From the NCBI GenBank assembly GCA_035518815.1, contig DATIXG010000060.1:64881-128880 (forward strand): 64,000 nucleotides of DNA, read 5' to 3'. A program made the position numbers and the translations under genes. A model generated the notes under the pieces. That model worked only from the letters and a program-made list of their open reading frames with translations, was not told the DNA's origin and searched no databases. This DNA is from Gemmatimonadales bacterium (GTDB lineage: Bacteria; Gemmatimonadota; Gemmatimonadetes; Gemmatimonadales; GWC2-71-9). Shown in pieces: positions 8,709-16,148 of the stretch; the stretch's first letter is position 1, and each line of letters opens with the position of its first letter.

Positions 8709-9546
8709 CCCGGATCCATCCCTCCGGCACCACATCCCGGTCATCCACCCGTGCGTCGTTCATCCATCGGTTCGGCGCCAACACCACCTTGTCGGACCGC
8801 GGGTTCAGCCACGCCCCCCACCAGCTGAAGCTGCTGTTGGCGAGAATGTGATGCCGGCATTTGCTCATCATGTCCAAGTCCCCGCAGGCGCTCCGTGCCG
8901 GACTTTGGCTCACGACCGTGGTCGGGTAGTCGAAGCGGAGGTTGTCAGCGACCCAACCGGGATCGTCTGAAAACAGGAACAGGTGAGGTTTCGCGACGCG
9001 CTCGGCCAGGCGCGCGACGCAGCTCGCGTAGTAGCCGGGCGTACAGACGCTCCGCTCGGGACTCCCGACGTAGTCCCCCCGGCGCACGTGCACGCTGACT
9101 GACTCGGTTGCCGTGATGTGCTTGAGCAGCTCCAGGCTGCGCGCGTCGGGCTCCCAGTTGATCGTGAAATCGCGCCGAATAGAGTCCGCGACGTCCGCGA
9201 AGTAACCCTCGCTCTGCCAATATCCGTCCAAGTAAGTCCATGCGCTGGCATGCAGCACGCGTCGGTCGATCGGGGACAAGAAGCGCTCCCGCATCCAGCT
9301 CCAGCGGTACCCAAGCCTCAAGACCCGTCGGAGTCGAGATGCTTCTCGGATCTCCGCCAGCTCGGCCGGCGTAGCGAAGGGGACGTCGATGCTGAGCGCA
9401 TCGAGCGCGTAGACACGGGCGGGCACGCTGCCGAACCAGGACACGTCGAGCTTCAGCGGCACCCGGCGCGTGAGCGCGAGGCGACGGGCGGCGGCGTACT
9501 GAAACATCTGGTTGCCGATCCCGCCCATGAGGCGCGTGATCACCAT
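8704..9546 (-). CDS. alpha-1,2-fucosyltransferase-like glycosyltransferase (GT11)
   Basis: MVITRLMGGIGNQMFQYAAARRLA..SVHVRRGDY..ANSSFSWWGAWL are the canonical GT11 motifs. Confidence 0.85.
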   Translation of the reverse strand: MVITRLMGGIGNQMFQYAAARRLALTRRVPLKLDVSWFGSVPARVYALDALSIDVPFATPAELAEIREASRLRRVLRLGYRWSWMRERFLSPIDRRVLHASAWTYLDGYWQSEGYFADVADSIRRDFTINWEPDARSLELLKHITATESVSVHVRRGDYVGSPERSVCTPGYYASCVARLAERVAKPHLFLFSDDPGWVADNLRFDYPTTVVSQSPARSACGDLDMMSKCRHHILANSSFSWWGAWLNPRSDKVVLAPNRWMNDARVDDRDVVPEGWIRV

Positions 9547-10611
9547 TCAGGAGGTGACGGGTGTCGGACGCGCGCTGATGGCGTAGGTGGGACAGTGCCG
9601 GATGAATCCGCCGTTCGTGGGCGACCACACCTGCTCGGGCTTGGTGACGACCGCCTTCCCCTCGGCGTCGAGCACGAACATCCCGCGCGGCGCGTGGATC
9701 AGGCAGGCGCCGCAGCCGATGCAGCGCTCGCGCTGCACGCGCACGGTGACGCGGCGCTTCGGGTACACGCCCTGCTCGCCGTTCCTCGGCCAGTCCTGCG
9801 GATGGTCGAGGGCGGCCATGGCCTCCCGATAGCCTTCCTCCACCAGCTCCCGCAGGTGGTCGAACGAGAACGCCGAGATGTGCTCGACGCGGGGATGCAT
9901 GAAGTAGATCGGCGGCGTGGTCCAGTGCTCGAGCTCCACCTCGAGCGCCGAGTGCATGGCGATCTCGGTGGCCCGCGCGAAGACCGCGGCGAACCCCTCG
10001 TCCTGCGTATCCGCGCGGAACGCACTCGACGCCGACACGTCCACCGCGATCACGAGGTCCACGCCGGCGGTAGTCGCCGTCGCGACGGGCAGATTGTCGA
10101 CGGTCGCGCCGTCCACGTAGTAGCGGCCCCGGATCTCGCGGGGCGGCAGGTAGCCGGGCATGGCGCAGGATGCGAACACGGCGTCCGCCACACGCACGTC
10201 CTCGAGACCCGGCAGGCCCCAAAACACCTGCATCCCGGAGTTGATGTCGACCGTGCTCACGATGAGGGGGCGAGGCAGGTCGCGGAACGTGATGTCGCCG
10301 ACCACCGAGCTCAGCAGCTCGTCGAGCGGCTCGCGGCGGAACAGGGCGGGGGAGCGCATCCGCTTGAACGCCATGTCGGCGTGCGCGACCACGAAAATGT
10401 CGCGGCGGCGCAACCGGACGGCGATCTCGCGCAGCTCCTCTGAATCACGGCCGGCGGCCCAGGCGGCGCCCACGAGCGCGCCCACGCTGGTCCCGATCAC
10501 GCACGTCGGCATGAGCCCGCGCTCCGCGAGGGCCTGGAGCACACCGATGTGCGCCAGCCCCTTCATGCCGCCCCCGCCGAGGACGAGGCTGAAGCGCGTG
10601 TTGGTGTTCAA
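9547..10611 (-). CDS. patatin-like phospholipase with a C-terminal single-cluster ferredoxin domain
   Basis: The N-terminus has LGGGGMKG (oxyanion hole), GTSVG (GXSXG) and a D-G dyad region. The C-terminus has CIGCGAC..(33 aa)..CP, a ferredoxin-type motif. Confidence 0.85.
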   Translation of the reverse strand: MNTNTRFSLVLGGGGMKGLAHIGVLQALAERGLMPTCVIGTSVGALVGAAWAAGRDSEELREIAVRLRRRDIFVVAHADMAFKRMRSPALFRREPLDELLSSVVGDITFRDLPRPLIVSTVDINSGMQVFWGLPGLEDVRVADAVFASCAMPGYLPPREIRGRYYVDGATVDNLPVATATTAGVDLVIAVDVSASSAFRADTQDEGFAAVFARATEIAMHSALEVELEHWTTPPIYFMHPRVEHISAFSFDHLRELVEEGYREAMAALDHPQDWPRNGEQGVYPKRRVTVRVQRERCIGCGACLIHAPRGMFVLDAEGKAVVTKPEQVWSPTNGGFIRHCPTYAISARPTPVTS

Positions 10612-10696
10612 GTCGTGTCGCCCGCTTGCCCGGAAGGTCGGGCCCCGGGTAACGTACTCGCTGTCCCCATCTCCGCGCCACTTGCTGGCGGCTCCG

Positions 10697-11884
10697 GTGA
10701 CCGAGATTACCTATCACCCCACGCATCTCCGCGCTGTGAGCGAAAGCTTCCGCGCGTTGCGCGCCGCCGAATTTCCGTGGACCGCCGATACCGTCTACCT
10801 GAACAACGCGTCCATCGGACCCATCCCCGAGCGGACGCGCCGGGCACTCGACGAATTCACGTCGAAGCGCACCGCGCCCCACCTCTTGCCCGATCGCGAT
10901 CTCCTCGGCGGATTGCAGGCCGCCCGCGAGGCCGTGGCGCGCCTCGTGAATGCGGAGACTGGGGAGATCGCCCTCACGACCAACACTGGCGTCGGATTAC
11001 ACGCCGCCGCGCGCGCACTGCCCCTTAAACGCGGCGACGTCGTGCTCCTGTCCGATCGCGAGTTTCCCGCGATCGTCTACCCGTGGCTCCTGCTCAAGAA
11101 CCAGGGGATCGAGGTCGAGCTGGCCCCGTGCACCGCCGAGGGATGGCCCGACGAGGACTACCTCGTGGAGCGACTCGAAGACCCGCGGGTGCGCGTGCTC
11201 GCGGTGTCGTTCGTCCAGTTCTCGAACGGGTACCGTTGCGATCTCGCGCGCCTCGGCGCCGCGTGCCGCGCGAACGGGACGTTTCTCGTGGTCGACGCCA
11301 TTCAGGGGGTCGGCAACTCCGTGCTCGACGTACGGGAGACGCCGGTGGATATCCTCTCCTGCGGCGGGCAAAAGTGGCTTCTCTCTCCCTGGGGCACGGG
11401 GTTCCTCTATGTGCGCCGCGACCTGGTGCGCGCGCTCGAACCCGCCGCGGCCGGGTGGATGGCCTTCGAGGGGACCGACGACTTCTCCCGCCTCACCGAG
11501 TACAATCCCACGTTCCGTTCCGACGCGCGCCGCTTCGAGATGGCGACCCTTCCCTATCAGGACTTCTGCGGAATGACGGTGTCCGTCGGGTTGCTGAACG
11601 AGCTGGGCATTCGCAACGTCGCCGAGCATACCCACCTGCTGCATGAGCCGGTGTGGCGGTGGGCCGACGAGCGGGGCGTCCGGGTCCGCTCCTGCCGCGA
11701 CGAGGCGCACCGCTCCGCGATCATCGCGGTCGCGCCCGAGCCGGCCGCCGAGGCATACCATGCGCTCAAGCGCGCCCACATCGTCTGCTCGCTGCGTGAG
11801 GGCGCGATCCGCCTCTCACCGCACTGCTACAACACGGTGGAAGAGATGGAGCGGGTGCTGGATGTGCTGGATGAGATAGAATGA
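10697..11884 (+). CDS. class V aminotransferase-fold PLP enzyme (cysteine desulfurase / selenocysteine lyase-like)
   Basis: ..VYLNNASIGPIP..LSCGGQKWLLSPWGTGFLY.. The start is tentative (GTG 10697; TTG 10682 is possible). The long 10160 ORF upstream is antisense to the patatin gene. Confidence 0.75.
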   Translation: MTEITYHPTHLRAVSESFRALRAAEFPWTADTVYLNNASIGPIPERTRRALDEFTSKRTAPHLLPDRDLLGGLQAAREAVARLVNAETGEIALTTNTGVGLHAAARALPLKRGDVVLLSDREFPAIVYPWLLLKNQGIEVELAPCTAEGWPDEDYLVERLEDPRVRVLAVSFVQFSNGYRCDLARLGAACRANGTFLVVDAIQGVGNSVLDVRETPVDILSCGGQKWLLSPWGTGFLYVRRDLVRALEPAAAGWMAFEGTDDFSRLTEYNPTFRSDARRFEMATLPYQDFCGMTVSVGLLNELGIRNVAEHTHLLHEPVWRWADERGVRVRSCRDEAHRSAIIAVAPEPAAEAYHALKRAHIVCSLREGAIRLSPHCYNTVEEMERVLDVLDEIE

Positions 11885-11893
11885 CCGTTGCCA

Positions 11894-11958
11894 GTCGCTA
11901 AGACGCTAAGACGCCAGCGAGAAGCCAGACCTACCGACTTAGCGACTTAGCGTCTTGC
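11894..11958. terminator. bidirectional hairpin with tandem-octamer arms (GACGCTAA units)
   Basis: GTCGCTAAGACGCTAAGACGCC pairs with CCGACTTAGCGACTTAGCGTC at 17 of 21 positions. It lies between convergent genes, and the right arm encodes the last 8 codons of the 11931..12602 gene. Confidence 0.6.
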
Positions 11959-12602
11959 AACGCCTCTCTGTGTTTGTCTGCCCACCACGCCCACGCCACA
12001 AACAACCACCCGAACACGATCCCGCCGATCGCGAGCGCCGGCATGACGGGCGGCGGTGAGAACAGACTGCCTACGTAGCTCGCGACCAGCATCGCGATGA
12101 ATCCCCAGAACGCGTAGCGCCCCACGCGGTCGCGGGCGCGCGTCGCGGCCAAGTAGACCCCGAGGCCCGCCGCGAACATGACGGATTCGATCGTTACCGT
12201 CCCAAGCACCGAGCCCCAAAGCCCCAGCCCCACCTTGGGCCCGCCCGGATACAGCGGCATGTCGGGTCGGTGCGTGACCCAGTCGAGTACCCAATGACTG
12301 AGCACGAGGAGCGCGACCACCACCGCGCCCCGCGCGTACCCGGTGCGCCAGCGATACAGACCTCCGAACAGCGCCGCCCACAGCGCGAGCGCGAGCAGGC
12401 TGTGCGAGATCGGGTAGGAGTCGAACGTGTAGTTAAAAAATGGATTCGTCGCCGGGGCAGGGGTGGCCCGCTCCCAGCCGGTGAGCAGGAAAACGGGCCA
12501 GAGCATATCGGCGAGCGTCGGCGCCGCGATGAGTGGGCCGAGCGACGTGCGTGGCGCGATGCGCTTGGCCGCCAACCCCAGCGCGTAGTGACCGATGAAC
12601 AT
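11931..12602 (-). CDS. membrane-bound metal-dependent hydrolase-like protein (YdjM/DUF457-like)
   Basis: MFIGHYALGLAAK.. is a multi-pass hydrophobic protein with a conserved His (SHWVLDWVTH). Confidence 0.5.
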   Translation of the reverse strand: MFIGHYALGLAAKRIAPRTSLGPLIAAPTLADMLWPVFLLTGWERATPAPATNPFFNYTFDSYPISHSLLALALWAALFGGLYRWRTGYARGAVVVALLVLSHWVLDWVTHRPDMPLYPGGPKVGLGLWGSVLGTVTIESVMFAAGLGVYLAATRARDRVGRYAFWGFIAMLVASYVGSLFSPPPVMPALAIGGIVFGWLFVAWAWWADKHREALQDAKSLSR

Positions 12603-12659
12603 GCGCGACCCCCTTTCGAACGGCGTCCTTCAGGACGCCCACCGCGCCGAGCCCGGGCT

Positions 12660-13913
12660 TTAGCCCGGGGATCCCCCGGACACGCGTATCAGCGCGTAGT
12701 CCTTCTTCCCTTTCCGCAGCAGCAGCTCGATGCCGCCAGGCCCTTTCCAGTCTTCCGGGCCCGGTCGCTGATCGACGTCGGTGACGCGCTCGTTGTTCAC
12801 ATAGATCCCGCCCTGCTGGATCAGGCGTCGCGCTTCGCTCTTCGATTTGGCCAGGCCCGTTGCGACCAGTGCGTCCACAATCGTCTCGGGCCTGGCCGTG
12901 AGCGTGGTGACGGGCGCGTGCTGTCCGATGGCCTCGACCCCGGCATCGCCGAACAACGACTTGGCTGCCTGAACGACGCCCTTCGTGACGTCCTCACCAT
13001 GCACCAAGGTCACGACGTCCTTGGCGAGCGCCTCCTGTGCCGCGCGCGCCCCAGGATTCCTGGCCTGGTCCGACATCAGCGAGCGGATGTCGTCGGCGGT
13101 CCTCAAGGTGAACAGCTTCAGGTAGCGCTCCACGTCGCGATCGTCGGTGTTCCGCCAGAACTGATACAGGTCGTACGGCCGCGTGAGGGCGGGATCGAGC
13201 CAGATCGCCCCCGCCTCCGTCTTGCCGAACTTGGCGCCGGCCGCCGTCGTGACGAGCGGCGCCACGAGCCCGTGCGCTTCGCTGCCCTCCACGCGCCGGA
13301 CGAGATCGATCCCCGCGGTGATGTTCCCCCACTGATCGCTCCCGCCCACCTGCAGCGTGCAGCGGTGCGTGCGGTACAGGTGGAGGAAATCGAATGCCTG
13401 AAGGAGCATGTAACTGAACTCGGTGAACGAAATGCCCGCTTCGAGCCGGCCCTGCACCGATTCCTTCTGCAGCATGATGTTCACCGTGAAGTGCTTCCCC
13501 ACGTCCCGCAGGAAGTCGATCAGGGGCTCCTTGCTCAACCAGTCGGCGTTGTTCAGGACGAGGGCCTGCGCGGGGCCGGGATCGAAATCGAGGAAGCGCT
13601 GCATCTGGTCGCGCTGGTGCTGCAGGTGCTCGCGGATCTGCTCCTTCGACAGGAGCTGCCGCTCGTTGCGCTTGCCGCTCGGATCGCCGATGAGGCCGGT
13701 CCCGCCGCCCATCAGCACGATCGGCTTGTGTCCCGCCCGCTGGAAATGCCGGAGCAGCATGAGCGGCATCAGGTTTCCGAGCTGGAGGCTGCTCGCGGTA
13801 GGATCGAAGCCGCAGTAGAGGGTGGCGGGACCCTTGGCGAGGTGCGCCCGCAGCTGCGGCGTGGCCTGCTGGACGAAGCCCCGCCACTCGAGTTCGGCGA
13901 ACAGGTCCGACAT
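12660..13913 (-). CDS. tyrS: tyrosine--tRNA ligase
   Basis: MSDLFAELEWRGF..YCGFDPTASSLQLGNL (HIGH-like region)..KFGKTE (KMSKS-like region) plus a C-terminal S4 domain. It is the lower 418 codons of the artefactual 869-aa ORF. Confidence 0.95.
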   Translation of the reverse strand: MSDLFAELEWRGFVQQATPQLRAHLAKGPATLYCGFDPTASSLQLGNLMPLMLLRHFQRAGHKPIVLMGGGTGLIGDPSGKRNERQLLSKEQIREHLQHQRDQMQRFLDFDPGPAQALVLNNADWLSKEPLIDFLRDVGKHFTVNIMLQKESVQGRLEAGISFTEFSYMLLQAFDFLHLYRTHRCTLQVGGSDQWGNITAGIDLVRRVEGSEAHGLVAPLVTTAAGAKFGKTEAGAIWLDPALTRPYDLYQFWRNTDDRDVERYLKLFTLRTADDIRSLMSDQARNPGARAAQEALAKDVVTLVHGEDVTKGVVQAAKSLFGDAGVEAIGQHAPVTTLTARPETIVDALVATGLAKSKSEARRLIQQGGIYVNNERVTDVDQRPGPEDWKGPGGIELLLRKGKKDYALIRVSGGSPG

Positions 13914-13921
13914 GGCGCGGA

Positions 13922-13950
13922 ATCGTAAGAGCGGGTGAAGACGCTGGCAA
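13922..13950 (-). promoter_or_regulatory. candidate sigma70-type promoter for tyrS (TTGCCA-N17-TACGAT), leaderless geometry
   Basis: The minus strand reads TTGCCA gcgtcttcacccgctct TACGAT tccgcgcc ATG. Confidence 0.5.
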
Positions 13951-13982
13951 GCGTCCGACCCCCTTTGTAGGTTGTAGGTCCG

Positions 13983-16145
13983 ATGGCTTCCGCAACGGCG
14001 CAGGTCGCGCCGCGCTTCCTTTCCCAGGGTTGGTGGCAGAACCCCAAGACCCGGGCCCGCCTGGTGGGCGCGGGCGCGCTCGCCCTCGCGTACGGTGTGG
14101 GCATCGGCTACGGCTCGTGGACGCGCGTCTGCGCCGCGGAGCGCTGCCCCAGCATCTCCCGCCTGCTCTCGGGCCAGGGTCCGCAGCAGACCTCGAAAGC
14201 CTACGCTGCCGATGGTCGCCTGATCACCGAGCTGGGGCTCGAGCGCCGCACGGTACTCCCGCTCTCCCAGATCCCTGAGCCCCTGCGTCAGGCGTTCATC
14301 GCCACCGAGGACAAGCGGTTCTACTCGCATCATGGGATCGACTACATCCGCATCTTCGGCGCGATCAAGGCCGACATCTTCTCCTTGAGCTGGGCCCAGG
14401 GATTCTCGACCATCACCATGCAGCTCGCGCGCAACATCTTCCCCGAGGAGATCTCGCGCGAGAAGAAGGTGACCCGCAAGCTCAAGGAAGCGCGCGTTGC
14501 GATGGAGATCGAGGACAACTTCACGAAGGACTCCATTCTCCAGATGTATCTGAACCAGATCGACCTCGGCGCGGGCTCCCATGGGGTCGAGGCCGCGGCA
14601 CTGGTCTATTTCGGGAAATCGGCCCGGCAGCTCAATACGGCCGAAGCCGCGACGCTGGCCGCACTGCCCAAAGCCCCGGCCTTCTACAATCCCCGCACCC
14701 ACCCCGACCGCGCCGTGCGCCGCCGCAACGCCGTGCTGGCCCTCATGCGCGATCAGGGATTCCTGACGCCTGAAGACGCAGAGTTGTGGCAGGCCTATCC
14801 GCTGGTGCTGACGACCAATCGCACGAACTACGGCGACGTTGCGCCCTACTTCGTGGAATGGCTCCGCCAGCAGCTCGACGCGCGGTTCGGGCGTGACCTG
14901 TACGAGGGCGGCCTGCGGATCTACACGACGCTGGACCTGGACATGCAGGAGGCCGCCGAGCGCGCGCTCCAGACGCAGCTCGACGCGATCGAGGCGGGCG
15001 TCTATTCGAACGGCAAGCCGCCGCTCGGCCGTGTCAGCTACCACGACTACCTCGAGTCCGCCAAGGCGTCGGGAGAAGACCACGGACCGTTCAGCCCCTA
15101 CCTGCAGGGCGCCATCGTGGCCATGGAGGCGAGCACCGGCTACATCCGCGTCATGGTGGGCGGGCGCGACTTCGACGACTCGAAGTTCAACCGCGCCACC
15201 CAGGCCGTGCGCCAGCCGGGCTCGACATTCAAACCGTTCGTGTACTCGGCGGCGATCCGCGCCGGGCACCCGGTCAGCGAGATGCTCGACGACTCGCCCT
15301 TGAACCCTCCCGTGCTCCAGCTCGACAGCACGCTATGGGCGCCGAAGGACGACGACGACACGACGCTCGGCATGATCCCGATGCGCCAGGCGCTGTACAT
15401 GTCCCGTAACCTCGCGACGATCAAGCTGGGGATGCAGCTCGGCGAGCAGACCGTCGTGGGCGAAGCGCGGCGCTATGGGATCACCACGCCGCTGCGGCCC
15501 TATCCTTCGCTCCACATCGGCGCGAACGGCGTGATCCCGCTCGAGATCATCGCCGCGTACACCTCGTTCGCCACGCTCGGCACGCGCGCGCTGCCGCAGG
15601 GCGTGCTGCGCGTCGAGGATACGCACGGCAACATCCTCTGGCAGCCCACGGTACGGCGCGAAGAAGTCATGGACCCGGCCCACACCTGGCTGCTCGTGGA
15701 CATGATGAAAGACGTCATCCGACGCGGCACCGCCTACAGCGCCGTGTGGAAGGCCGGCTTCACGATCCCCGCGGCCGGCAAGACCGGGACGACGGACGAC
15801 TACACCGACGCGTGGTTCGTCGGCTACACGCCCGAGCTCGTGGCGGGCGTGTGGGTCGGGTACGATCTCCAGCAACGCATTCTCGACCACAACGCCGGTG
15901 GCGGGCGCATCACCGCGCCCGCGTGGACGGCGTTCATGCGCGACGTGTACGACCGGCGGCCGGCGCCGGCGGACTGGGCGCGCCCGGACTCGCTCATCAC
16001 CCGCGAGGTCGACCAGACGAATGGCTATCTCGCGACGCCCTATTGCCCGCTCGAGGTGCGCCACTGGGACTGGTTCTATCCCGGCACCGAGCCCACCAAG
16101 TCGTGCCCGGTACACTCGCCGTTCGGGCTGGGCGTCACGCCGTAG
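13983..16145 (+). CDS. mrcA: penicillin-binding protein 1A (bifunctional transglycosylase/transpeptidase)
   Basis: It has the GT51 motifs (ATEDKRFYSHHGID, TITMQLAR) and the transpeptidase motifs (STFKP, KTGTT). Confidence 0.9.
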   Translation: MASATAQVAPRFLSQGWWQNPKTRARLVGAGALALAYGVGIGYGSWTRVCAAERCPSISRLLSGQGPQQTSKAYAADGRLITELGLERRTVLPLSQIPEPLRQAFIATEDKRFYSHHGIDYIRIFGAIKADIFSLSWAQGFSTITMQLARNIFPEEISREKKVTRKLKEARVAMEIEDNFTKDSILQMYLNQIDLGAGSHGVEAAALVYFGKSARQLNTAEAATLAALPKAPAFYNPRTHPDRAVRRRNAVLALMRDQGFLTPEDAELWQAYPLVLTTNRTNYGDVAPYFVEWLRQQLDARFGRDLYEGGLRIYTTLDLDMQEAAERALQTQLDAIEAGVYSNGKPPLGRVSYHDYLESAKASGEDHGPFSPYLQGAIVAMEASTGYIRVMVGGRDFDDSKFNRATQAVRQPGSTFKPFVYSAAIRAGHPVSEMLDDSPLNPPVLQLDSTLWAPKDDDDTTLGMIPMRQALYMSRNLATIKLGMQLGEQTVVGEARRYGITTPLRPYPSLHIGANGVIPLEIIAAYTSFATLGTRALPQGVLRVEDTHGNILWQPTVRREEVMDPAHTWLLVDMMKDVIRRGTAYSAVWKAGFTIPAAGKTGTTDDYTDAWFVGYTPELVAGVWVGYDLQQRILDHNAGGGRITAPAWTAFMRDVYDRRPAPADWARPDSLITREVDQTNGYLATPYCPLEVRHWDWFYPGTEPTKSCPVHSPFGLGVTP

Positions 16146-16148
16146 TCC

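Noticed and set aside
8945-10443. Two long overlapping ORFs: 425 aa on the minus strand and 441 aa on the plus strand.
   Set aside because: Both are alternative frames or strands of the GT11 and patatin genes. They are extremely Arg/Gly/Pro-rich, whereas the chosen frames carry the canonical GT11 and patatin motifs.
12270-13928. A 552-aa ORF on the plus strand.
   Set aside because: It is antisense to tyrS, has low-complexity Arg/Pro/Gly-rich composition and shows no recognisable motifs. This is the typical GC-rich shadow ORF.
13914-13982. A T-box or other leader riboswitch for tyrS. I also checked for a TPP riboswitch near thiE (37295) and yjbQ (26695).
   Set aside because: The intergenic spaces are 69 nt, 0 nt and 81 nt respectively. 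That is too short, and the conserved T-box or THI-box sequence elements are absent.
12660-15269. An 869-aa ORF on the minus strand.
   Set aside because: Only the last 418 codons (from ATG 13913) read as tyrS. The upstream 450 codons are Arg/Gly/Ala-rich antisense translation of the PBP1A gene, which has clear motifs on the plus strand.
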